Shown one piece after another: positions 23,935 through 35,448 of a stretch of DNA of 64,000 nucleotides (positions are counted from its first letter, which is position 1; the number at the start of each line of letters is the position of its first letter). The DNA lies in the NCBI GenBank assembly GCA_038496445.1, contig JALMLS010000562.1, positions 62,001 through 126,000 of the forward strand, read 5' to 3'. The position numbers and the translations under genes are program-made. The notes under the pieces were generated by a model, which was not told the origin of the DNA, did no database searches, and was given only the letters and a program-made list of their open reading frames with translations. Source of the stretch: Trichosphaerium sp. ATCC 40318. Lineage: Eukaryota; Protista; Tubulinea.

Positions 23935-26514
23935 ATGGCTCAATTCGCGGACGCAACTACTGACAATTCCGTTGCGTTGTATGAAGAGCCTAAAAGGGTA
24001 GCTGAACCTGTTAAACAAGATGAATGGCTGGAAGATGACGCTGACGACGGAAATTTTGAAGAAGATTACGTAGATGACTACTACGATTATGACGACTACG
24101 AAGGAAAGGACTTTAAAGTAGGCGCATGTAAGTAAATGTGTAAAAACAACCATTTCGATTCTAAATCGCCGTAGCGCATAATGTAAAGCACTACCAACCC
24201 ACCAAAAATGTTAAAAACTTGGACAGATACCAAAACAGAATTAACCTTGAGAAAATTTCCATTATTCAAGACAGAGGCGAACTAGGCTCCAATGTAGTGA
24301 ATAAGCTCATAAAACAACAAGTTCGCTCACAAAAACAAAGGTAAGTGTTAAAACAACGATCTTGACGTACAATACGCCGCTACGACGCGTAACTGGTGCT
24401 TTTATGTCATTGTTAGTGATTTGACATTTATTCTTCGTTAGAATTCGTGTTAAAGACGTTAAAGATCGCGCAACCACAGAAAACGTAATGGATCCCAAAA
24501 CCAGAATGATATTGTTCAAATTACTTAACTCTGGAGCGATATATGAGATCAATGGATGTATTAGTACAGGAAAAGAGGTTCAACGAATTTTACATTTTTT
24601 TCTCAACTCAAAATATCCTAGGCGAACGTATACCATGCGTACACAGAAGGTATGTTAAAGTTACATCGCATTACAGCAAAGAATTGCACTAATAAGCTCA
24701 TATAAGCTCCTAAAAACCTGTTTTCTCTATGTGTCATTTTGTTAAACTCTTGTCTTTTGTTGTTTCTGTTGGTTCTCTTCAAATGATATATTAGCTCATA
24801 CAAATAATAGATAGACAAGAACGTGCTGTGAAAGTATACAAAACATCAATACTGCAATTTAAAGATCGTGACAGATACGTTGCTGGAGAGTTCAGATTTA
24901 GACATGGTTTGTTTTTTATTCTCGTTTAAACCTTTAACTTACCAACAACAACAGGTTACTGTAAATCTAACCCAAGGAAGATGGTAACAGCATGGGCTGA
25001 AAAAGAACGTGGTAATTTAAAAAGGTACCATGTACATCAAATCACAAATCCAAAGCTTTTTTTTTTTGATGGTTGAAAAACTTATGAAAAAAAATAGGCT
25101 GTATGACAATAGGATTCCTTGTCCTGAGGCATTGTTTCACAAAAGAAATGTTGTAGTTATGACTTTTATTGGTAAAAAGGGCCGGTAAGTAACAACTGTA
25201 TACACTCAAACGGCTTTTATATGTGACATACATCGTCGACTAATATTTGGAAAAATAGACCTGCACCTAAGTTAAAAGATGTACAATTGAATTTAGAGGA
25301 ATGGAATAATGCTTACTTACAAGTTGTTAAAACAATGAGACGTGTATATCAGCGTTGTAGATTAGTTCATGCTGATCTTAGCGAGTATAATATGCTTTAT
25401 TATAAAGGAAGAGTATACGTTATAGATGTTAGTCAATCTGTAGATAACTCACATCACAATGCACTTAAGTTCTTGCGTGTACGTATTTAAGTAATCGCAC
25501 AAACAATATCTTTTGTTGCATCAAATGGAACTACTTTTAATAGAATCACGTGTGACATTTAAAAATAGAAAGATGTCTTACTTATACTTTTGCTTAGGTT
25601 GATTGCACAAATATTACAGCTTTCTTTAAGCGAAAAGGTGTTAATCCTATGAATATTAGGCACCTTTTTAGCTTTATAACAGATCCAACTATTTCCAACG
25701 AAAACGAGGATGAGTGGTTAGAACAAGTATGCATTTTATATGATAGCATTCCTGTAGCCTTTCTTGCCTAATGTATCTACTACTTTAGATTCAAACAATG
25801 CCTGAAATGACTGAACAAGAAAAGGTTGAAGAAGAAGCGTTTAAAGATATACATATTCCAAGGACACTTATGGGTATTAAGGATGTCGAAATGGAAACAT
25901 TTGAAAAAACTGGAATGGAGGTATGTGAAACCAAAAAAAACAACAAACACGTGAAGCACACGTGAAAAAATACCCCAAAAGTTATGATGAAAATTTAACC
26001 CTCTAGCATAATTCTCCGTGTTGACAGAGTGCTACTGACGCTTTTTTTATTAATTTACTTGTTTGCGTTTTCCTTCAAACCAAGTTGCTGTTTGACTAAT
26101 ACTCGCATTTTGTTAGAAATATCACATGACAATTTCTGGTCTTGATGCTGCTGGTAACAAGAAGAATCTTCCTGATCTTCTACAAACACTAGAGCACAAT
26201 GACGATTTAGAAACTGAGACTGAGAATGAAGAAGATTTTATGGAAGAGGATGATGATGTAGAAGTAGATGAGGAAGAAGGTGAAGAAGGCGAAACTTCCA
26301 AGAAAGGCACTGCACATATAAGAAACAAGAATGAAACACTGGAAGAAAAGAGGGTACGTTAGAGAGTCTGTTATAACAATTAAACTAATCAATGAAATGG
26401 TAGTTAAGAAAGAAGCTTGTCAAGGAACAAAATAAAAACAGACGCAAAACAAAAATACCAAAACATGTTAAGAAACGAAGACAAAGACTTTGTAAAAAAC
26501 AAGGAAAACGCTAA
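23935..26514 (+). CDS. RIO1: RIO1 atypical Ser/Thr kinase
   Basis: [85 protein letters not shown]. Confidence 0.95.
25977..26045 (+). ncRNA. Candidate intronic box C/D snoRNA in a long RIO1 intron
   Basis: Box C ATGATGA 25984-25990, box D CTGA 26035-26038, terminal AAAAG/CTTTT stem, and a 13-nt element complementary to conserved 18S UCAACACGGGGAA. Confidence 0.5.
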
Positions 26515-26689
26515 AAAAAGAAAAATGTAATAAAAAACCACCAAAATAAACAACAATATAACAAATAACAGCTACACTCTCCTGTTAAAAAAGCTTGGTG
26601 AGGATACCCGTGATGAAAAGACAACCCTCTTCAAAATGTTACCAATTGCGGTTTTTTGTATTAGATTGTTTGACATGTTACTGTTTTGT

Positions 26690-29600
26690 CTACAATGATT
26701 GCTCTAAGCCATCTAACAACGCTGTTCCCTCATTCTCTTTCGTAGTTTCTTTCTTCTCAGATGGTCCTCTAAAGAATAATCCAAGTGTAAGGACTGAGAT
26801 GATCGGTGAAACGGATGCCATGCTAAATACATGTCACGTTTCAAGTCTTTCTTATGTTGTGTACGGATTACCTGAGAATACCAAAGCCTTCTTGGGCTTC
26901 TACGCTCTCTGCAAATGCTAGACCAAGAGCTAGCACCAATGGTACAGTTATCTAAAGTGTAAATTAGTCTACAATTAAAACAGGAAAGTACAATCAATAC
27001 GCACAGCTCCAGTAGTTACACCTAAAACACGTGTTAAAAAAATGTCAATAAAAAAATACTCAAAAACTGTCACTTACCAGCACCTACAAAAAATGTCAGT
27101 TTACATTGATTCTACGAAGCTTTTGTATTAAGACGTACAATCAAATGCAATGTTTGTTATTGACTCAGTAGAGAACATAGTAAGGATACAAGCAAATGTA
27201 TACAAAGGAAATAAGAGGTAGAATAAGTTAATACTGAAGGTTATCTTAACTAATCCAATAACAATTCCAAACCCCACAACAACGTTAGACCTCACAATAC
27301 ACATTTAACTTACCGACACCGACGCTACTCGGGTGTTAGAATAAACTAAAAATAATTATGTCTTATGTACATACCTGACAGTGTATATGAGCATGCTCTT
27401 TGTGCTTTTTAGAGTAAGACAAAATAACATGAAAGATTCTTTTCGTACAATTTTCCTTTGCTCAAATCTTCTACTTGCCTATTATTAAATCAAACGTCAA
27501 CAATTTAACATTAAAGACATACATTCCCATAACTTGTAAAGCTGGTTCTGCAATCGTCGCTCCTGAAGCTCATGTCAAGATAAAGCTAATTCAACAAACT
27601 TACCAAACCCGAGAACTAGAAGATATGTTAGGTAAATAACTTGTGCGTTGTAAGTGTACTTACTGAATCCAAATAGTAAAGAAATAAACAACCCTAATCC
27701 ATAACCGAATAAAGGAGAATCTTCGACACCTTCCACGTCGGTAAAGCTTGTAGGGGCAGCGCCACCTGAAGAAACACCTAGTTTTTGTAATCCGTACTCT
27801 AATCCAAAACTAGCTGAAAGTTAGCAGTTGTTCGTTGACACTTGTTTAAACACGAACTTGAAGACAAGAAGTCCTAAATATAATTGTTAATGGTATAAAC
27901 GAAATTAGACTAAAGGTTGTACTAACCGAGAAAGACTAAAAATAGCATGACGTAGAGTAAATTAACTCTTTTCCATTTTGGGTGGTTCAACTTTTCTAAA
28001 TTTAGCTCATCGCCTCTAACCAAGAATGTGTCAACACTAACCGAAGTATATTTCGCACCTCAAAATAATACTGATATCCAGGAATGTAACTCTAACTTTC
28101 TTAGATACCGAGAAAATACGAATAGGATTACCTTGGAAGTCTCTCACGGACAACAACAAGCATAACTAGAATCAAAAACACAATCAAAGGGCCAACAGCG
28201 CGCACTTGTAAACATAATCAGAAATCACGTGATTACTCAAAAGAAAAATACAGCGTACAGCTCGTAATCAGTTGTACCATTGGTACCCTTTCGTGCCAAG
28301 CTTCATTTGTCTTCTCACCAGTACCCCAACTCAAAATATCCTTTCTAATAGTGTTGTTAGTTCTATTTGAGTCTCGTTGATTACCTATCATAGATAGCCC
28401 ATATAACCAAGCCAAGGATTTGAACCATGAACTAGCAAGTTCATATTAAGATATACTGTTCTTAAAGAAGCAAACGTAATGATGTACGTACAACTGGAAC
28501 CAAACTCGCTAGAGTTACAATTCCAAATCCAGGTAGTTCTGATGACTTTTTCGAACCTTTGGCAGAACTGGCTCCCATACCTAGAGCTAGGATGATAGGT
28601 ACACTTACAGGTCCAGTAGTACTATATCATAGATTAAAATGGTTTTATACTAATCGCTTGTACATTGCTCCCGAATCCCTAAACAACGACTGTAAATAAT
28701 GTGAACTACAAACTACTTAAAAAAGAAAGTTACGCACCATGCTAAACCTATTACTGGTCCTAGATTTTGTAGCAAGAAAGTTAGTAAAACCTATGAGTAC
28801 TCAACTAATAAGCCGTACTTAGATCATCAATGACATTGAGAACAGCTGTTAGAACAAGAACTGGAATAAGGCACATAAGCCTAAACTCTATTATTGTTTA
28901 GCTTAACCAATAGTCCGTACATTAAAGGCTTTAGAGGCCATGCTTGTCTCATCTTAAGAATTCCGAGCATTGTAGCAATACCTACGCCAACAGCTACCAT
29001 AACAACAAGGTATATGTCCAGGCTGTTTAGCATTGCATGTAAAAACGGTGCTTTTGTTATGCTCACAAGCTGCCCCATAGTTTGAAGTGCAGCTACACGA
29101 TTGTTATATTTCTTACTATGTAAAGTGATGTACCAATGGCCGGCTCTGAAACAACAGTTAGTTATTCGCATTCAGTAACACAATAATGATTTGGAAAAGT
29201 AGAAATAATATTTTTTGACACGTTACTCACCTGCGAAAGTTACACCACAGCCAAGGAGAAAAGCAACCAAGAATACCCATCTATGCGTTGTTGGTATTAA
29301 CAAGAAAATTACATGGCACGTGCGTACATAAGATTCACTTTCTGCGGCATTTTCTTGCCAACAATTTCTCCGAGCGGCCTACCCCTTTTTTAAGTCCAAA
29401 ATCACGTGATTTATGCACTTACATGAGCCCAAATTTTAATCCTTCTAAAAACAGAAATAGCCCAACAATGACAGCTACCAAACCTCCTATAACAATACCG
29501 ATATCTTCAAAAGGTTGGCGAAAAACAGCTTTTTACAAAACCATTTGGTAAGTTTAAACTGTTGAGACATTCTTGTGACATTTCCGTACCAACTTGGCAC

Positions 29601-30045
29601 AACATCAAGTATACTGCTATAGGCACTAATAGTCTCGTTCATGAGAAGGAATAAATTTTAAAAGAGCGTACCAACAGAACGCACTTGGTCCATTAACGCC
29701 ACAAAGAAGTACTAAGAACTTTAGATTTCGAGATGGTACGAAACCGGGTATTTCCTACTACGTACTTTGCTAATTCTGATTCTGAAGGATGGAGACCTCC
29801 ACCACGCTTGAAAGCCGTTAAGATTACGCATTAATACATCATTTGACACGCACCACAGCACTCAAATTTCTTTTTACACACTTCAACTTCAGGATCTCCC
29901 TGAAGCGCCTTATACGCTTTTTGATTACCCCAGCGCGTATCCCGCTCCGCTGGAAAAGTTGTAAGTGTCAAAAAAAAGTAAATGACATACCGTCATTAGC
30001 GGTTGGCGCTGGTGGCTCATCTTCGGTCAGCAATGACATTTCCAT
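26690..30045 (-). CDS. DUF1538 tandem-domain membrane protein, very intron-rich
   Basis: Two repeats: AWDSGAITTGPVSVPIILALG..GFGIVTLAS and TIAEPALQVMG..AFDCAGVTTGA..VPLVLALG..EGFGIL. Confidence 0.85.
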
Positions 30046-30161
30046 GGTTAGTGTTGGCTGTGTTAAATTATTTACACATTCGGCGTTCAGATGGTCAATT
30101 TTGGTAGTAAAAAGCGGATTTTACAAACAGGAGCCTACACAACGCAAAATTGTTTTACAAG

Positions 30162-31980
30162 ATGGCGCTCGATCCGTCAGCGGATATGAAGAAGGAGTTG
30201 GAGCAACGTGGTATTTCATGTTTGCTTGATTACGGCCAAGCATCACGCTTTCTGGTCAGAAACTCAGCGTTACACGAAGTACGAGCGACAATAACGGTAA
30301 TTAACGCTAACTTACTCAATAGAACATAACAAAGACAGCTAAGATGTTTGCGTCGTACGAGAGCACAATTAATGCCACCTCTGACGTACGACACTATTAA
30401 AAACTCTATACTAACCTGAATAGATGCTGAGACAACTCGACCTCATCATGCGCGATCTAAACCATCAGTACGACACATAACATTAATTCTAGAATTGACA
30501 TTCGTTTAGATCTGAACGTGTCGCTGTAAGGTAACCTCTAAAGTACTTAGCAAGCATCTATATAACCCTATCATAGCGTCAAAGGCATACACACGTTACA
30601 TCAGGGACTAGAAAGCTGTCATAAAACAATACGCATAAAAACTGAAAACCCTTTGGATAATGTCGAAGCTAAAGGCTCTATTGATGATGCTATTGATAAA
30701 GAAATGCAACTGGTCAAGGAAGCAGAAGAGCTAAAACGTAAAATGGCATCCTTGACTGATACAGTGAGCAACGGAGGTACAGCCGCCACACCGACTCCAA
30801 CAACTGCAGAGAATGGGATACAAACTGGTGATGGTAAAGACAACACAGCACCAAAGCAAGAACAAACTACCAACGAAGCTGCTCCTGCTAAATCAGACGA
30901 TAAAGAAGCTAAAGAGGGTGACAATACAAAATCTGATTCTACTGGCGTTGCCCAAGGCCCAACAACGGCAAATGGAAATAGCACAGCCGACACAACAAAC
31001 GAAAAGAGCTCAGCCGAAGCAAATACTGGTGCGAAAGAAAGTAAAGAAGTAACAGAGCCGAAGGCCGGCGAGAACGAAGGGGAGAAGGAAACCAACACGG
31101 AACAAGACAAACCAGCTGATACAGACACACCTGTACCAGAAGCGGGTTCAGATTCTGTGGATGGAAACCTAAGTGAAACTGCCACAGAAGCTGATACACC
31201 CAAAGAACAATCTGAACCTAACGCCACTCAAGAATCTACTAAAACTGAAGAGGCTAGCGAAAACGCTTCTGTTCCTGAGTCTAAGGCGGTCACTGACCAA
31301 GCGAATGAAGCAACTACTGAACCTGTCGAGACTGATACTGACGCAGAAGATAAGGAATCTGAAAATGTACAACCTGAAGGTGAAGACTCTAACATTGAAG
31401 ACAACACTGCACCTGATGAAAGTGCAGCTGTGCCTGAGATTGCCAGTGAACAAACAAATGAAACAGCCACTGAAGCTGATACTCCTTCAGAACTAAAGGA
31501 GCCTGAGGTTGCCAATGACCAGGTTCGAGACGATGTAACAAAACAAGAGAACACAGATACTGAAGCCCCAAATACTGACGCAGTAGATAATGAACAAAGC
31601 ACCGAGCCTGAAGCCCCTGAAGTTGAAACAACTGAAGACAGCCCTGAGGTAGGTTCTGAAGTTGAACCTACAGACAACACGGCTATATCAGAACCAGAGC
31701 AGGTCAGTGTTGAAACAAGTATGGCTAGTCCAGACAGTGATACCACAACACAGGAATCACCAAATGAAGAAGTTGAAAATGTAGACACGCCTGAGTCCAC
31801 AATATGAAGGACGACATTAAAGATGTAGTTGCACAAAGTGCTGGCGCCACAAACCCTAGTATTGGCGCTAATCCAGTAGAACAAACTCAAGAACCTGGTT
31901 CCAGCCCAGAACCTGAAGTAGGCTCTGAAGTTGTGAATGTAGACACAGAAACAACTGAAGTGAACCGTAAACAAAGCTAA
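30162..31980 (+). CDS. Protein with a short helical N-terminal region and a long acidic T/E/P low-complexity tail; apparent frameshift near 31800
   Basis: ORF 30653-31807 plus small upstream exons (first junction uncertain); the same repeat motifs continue in another frame to TAA 31978-31980. Confidence 0.6.
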
Positions 31981-32036
31981 AAACACTTGAAATAAAAAAC
32001 AAAATATTGATGTACAAGGGATTTAGGTTTGCGAAC

Positions 32037-32681
32037 TTATTTTTTCTCCTTTTTCTTGAACACGTGAAATCTGTATTTCGCTCCTTTTTCTTCTGTTTCT
32101 TCTGATGTTGATACTAACTCATATTCGTCCTTGTTGTACTCTGGTAGAAATGTGTCACAAGGGTATTCTGGTGTTTCAATAATTGTTATATGAAGTGTCG
32201 TGCACATCTCGTGTTTAAACGCTTCTTTCCATACAGTTGCTCCACCAATGACGAATATCGATTCTGTATTAGGGCTGCTAGCTTTCTCTAGAGCATCAGA
32301 GAAGGTATGAGCTACCAATACGTCTTTTGGTAATTTCAATTCTCTATGTCAAAGGTTAAAACGTGTAAGGTAGGTAGTATGGTAGTTACGTGGCTAGATT
32401 GGTGTTTCGGGTGAGAATGATGTTTTGTCGGTTTGGAAGTGGTCGAAACTTTTTAGGTATTGATGCATAGGTCTTTCTACCCATAATAACAACGTTGGAT
32501 TTGTTTTGATCCTTAGTCTCTGTTGTTACTTTTTTAAAGTATGCCATATCGCCACGAAGGCCTATTTTAACGCATAAGGAGATAATCTTATAGCTTTTAA
32601 CGTACGCCAAGGTAATTTCCCGTCCTTGCCAATACCATTTGTTTTTTGAGTGATAGCCACTACGACAGAGAAAGGGCGCAT
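32037..32681 (-). CDS. DHFR: Monofunctional dihydrofolate reductase, 3 exons
   Basis: [62 protein letters not shown]; ends at KKKEKK* with no thymidylate synthase. Confidence 0.95.
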
Positions 32682-32918
32682 CGTATGAAACTGTAATATT
32701 TATTGTAGCAAAGTTCAAAATTTGGCGGGCAAAGATAGGCCTACTTTTTCACCCAAAACTGCCTTCCTAATACTTGAAATACAAAATGTCAAGTACTCGC
32801 AGTGTTCCTAATTATATTGACAGTTTTTCGCGAAAACTAGGTGTATTTTAATCAAGGTAAAAAGCAAACTAATTTTACAACATTTTTATTTCGTTTCCAG
32901 CTTTCTTCTATCTACATT

Positions 32919-33729
32919 TTAACGTTTTGCTCTGTTGACAGAACCTAATCTTTGTTGATGAGTGTCAGACCTACCAGCAACTTGAGGAGGTTCAGCACCA
33001 TTGAAACCTGGTACACGCAGCTTATAGTGTGTCTCTAAGAAAGACATTAATAGCTGCAGGTGTATAAATGTTTAAAAAAAGGAGAAGCTGGATCAACAAG
33101 TTGACAACAGCTGTACAACTCTATAACACGTGATTTTCTCGTACCTGCGTATAATTTTACATCAGTAATATCTACGTTATCTGAAGCCCTGTGTTTTGCC
33201 AAGCCAATAGCACCAGCCATAAGATCATCAATAAAGTTGTCTGCCACTACCATTAACAACTCTTCAACCTCAGGATCTAACTTCTCTCCAGGATGAATTT
33301 GATCGAGTAGCTCTTGCAATTTTACTGGCGTCATGACGTGACTCACAGGTCTATGAAGAGTATTGATCGAATTAGGATCTGTATGTGGAATAACGGAAGA
33401 CCTTAACGAATCAATGTAAGCTACCGGTATACGCAAAAAACCCGTACGGTACAGGCATTATCGGAGGCTTGTTCGCTATTTGACTGTTTTGTTCTGTTTT
33501 ATAGTTAATTAGTAAAAATATGCTTGTATACGGCTTCTAGAGCCATATTGACGCGTTATGAATGCGCGTAGAGAATGTAAACTGTAAACGTGCCATTATT
33601 TGTAATTGGTTGTCTAACCTGGCCTGCATTCGCCAATTGTGGTGTAGAGCTTAACGTAGGAGGTAAAGACTGCGTATTTTTTGTCATTTCTGCTCCACCG
33701 AAACCAGGTCCTCTATTTGGGTCCGCCAT
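32919..33729 (-). CDS. TAF12: TFIID/SAGA subunit TAF12 (histone fold)
   Basis: KLQELLDQIHPGEKLDPEVEELLMVVADNFIDD..LAKHRASD..DVKLY..VPGF..HQQRL. Confidence 0.9.
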
Positions 33730-34142
33730 TCTTCACCAGAGTATGAACTGCTTTTTCAACAACAATTCTAATTGGCGCGACTTTTTTTTGAAAGTCGTCT
33801 ACGAGAAAAAACATCACAGTCATTTTTTTGGGCCTGACAGAAAGGCTCTGGGTTTTATTTTGCTTTGCAACTTATTGTACAATAGTGAATCATAAACTCA
33901 ATAGTTCATGATTATATTTCCCCAGCTTCTTAACCGACAAAGAGTCATGTGATTGTTTGTTTTAATTAATCACATTTGTTGGAATGCTGGTTTATGTTAC
34001 AACAACCAACTAACAGCAACGCTTACTTACGATCACGTGTCTGTGACCGCTTTTGACTAAAACAGGTGCGAAAACTTTTAAGCAACACTGATCTAACAGG
34101 CGGACGTTCAATTTATCCGGCGACCTTTACACGTATCGAACT

Positions 34143-35361
34143 ATGCTTTGTACCATCTCTCATGGAAATTTTCTTTTGACATGGCTTGTAATGGCAGCAT
34201 TGGGTCTTTTCTTTGTCTTTATACTATCAGGTTATGTTGTCCAGTATTTCTTTTGTAACACTAACCGCCAAACAGGTGCGTTATTTTTAATGCTGTATAT
34301 AAAGCCTACATATGCTCTATGGCGTTATAAAACCAACGCTAAATACCCTAGTCCTGGAAAAGTACGTCAAGATCTTGCTGAAACTGAAAGGTAACTAACA
34401 AGTTTCCAAGGTACGGGACGAGATTGTAATGATGGTTAAAGGCATGATGGCAGCGACAATATGCCCAGCCTTGTCAATATGGCTTTCAAAACATGGTTTA
34501 TCTCAAGCTTATTGTGGGATTGGAGAATATGGTTGGAGGTACACTATTGCTACAGGAATCATAGCGTGGATAGCTTCAGACTTATTGTACGCCTCAATCT
34601 TTTTAACGTTGAAATCTATTAACACCCTCCTGCCAAGTGAGTTTATGTATCACCGGCTTGGGCACGTTCATAAGTTCTTTTGGCACCTACACCAGGCACG
34701 TGCCCAGTAAATAAAAGTCGGTTATATATTCGTTTACATCTCTTAGGTTCATCATAAGTTCTATAATCCTAGTCCGTTTTCTGTAATAGCCGATGAATAC
34801 TTTGATCAATTTGCACGCGCATTACCTTTACTACTATTTCCTTTGGTCATGCCAGGTAATTCCAGCGCACTATTCCTTGAAACCAACTGAGCTTATAGTC
34901 AACATGGATATGCTTTTCCTTATGTATGGTGTGTTTTTCTACGGGTATGGAGTATACCTCCACTGCGGCTACGGTACAAACTCTATTATCTTATCACGTT
35001 TTCTTATTGACTCTGTTTCAAGAACTTCCTTGGTTAGACGCTCATCATCCTTTCATTAACACATCATTTCAACATTACTGTCATCACGCAAAATCAGTTA
35101 TTCATAAACCTTATCATACAGGATTCTTCTTCAAAATATGGGATCAACTCGCTGGAAGCATGTACGACAAGGAATGCTTCTGTTGTAAATGTGAACAGAA
35201 AAAGGTACGAAAACAATGTTCAAGTCAGAATTAGCTACTAAAACAACCAACCGCAGGGCAGACGTACAAAAAAACAGTTTGAAAAGGTCGTAGTGCCTGA
35301 CTATACAGCACTATTTAAGCCAAAATTTTGGCTAAAATCAAGCATGTGGCAAATAATGTAA
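34143..35361 (+). CDS. Sterol desaturase / fatty-acid hydroxylase superfamily protein (5' end probably extends upstream)
   Basis: His boxes YHRLGH, HQVHHKFYNPSPF, YLHCG, HYCHH, then TGFFFKIWD. Confidence 0.85.
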
Positions 35362-35448
35362 GCCGCTACAGATGTTGGCAAAGTAAAGTGCTACATCAAA
35401 CTTTGTACAAACAATTTATATGTGAGTTTTTTTTGAGAAGGTTTTTTT

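Noticed and set aside
27180-27192. GTATCCTT on the minus strand as a second U12 donor
   Set aside because: Lies in a coding frame (FACILTMFS) that reads through without needing an intron
30619-31986. Long antisense and alternate-frame ORFs over the acidic protein
   Set aside because: Shadows of a low-complexity coding strand
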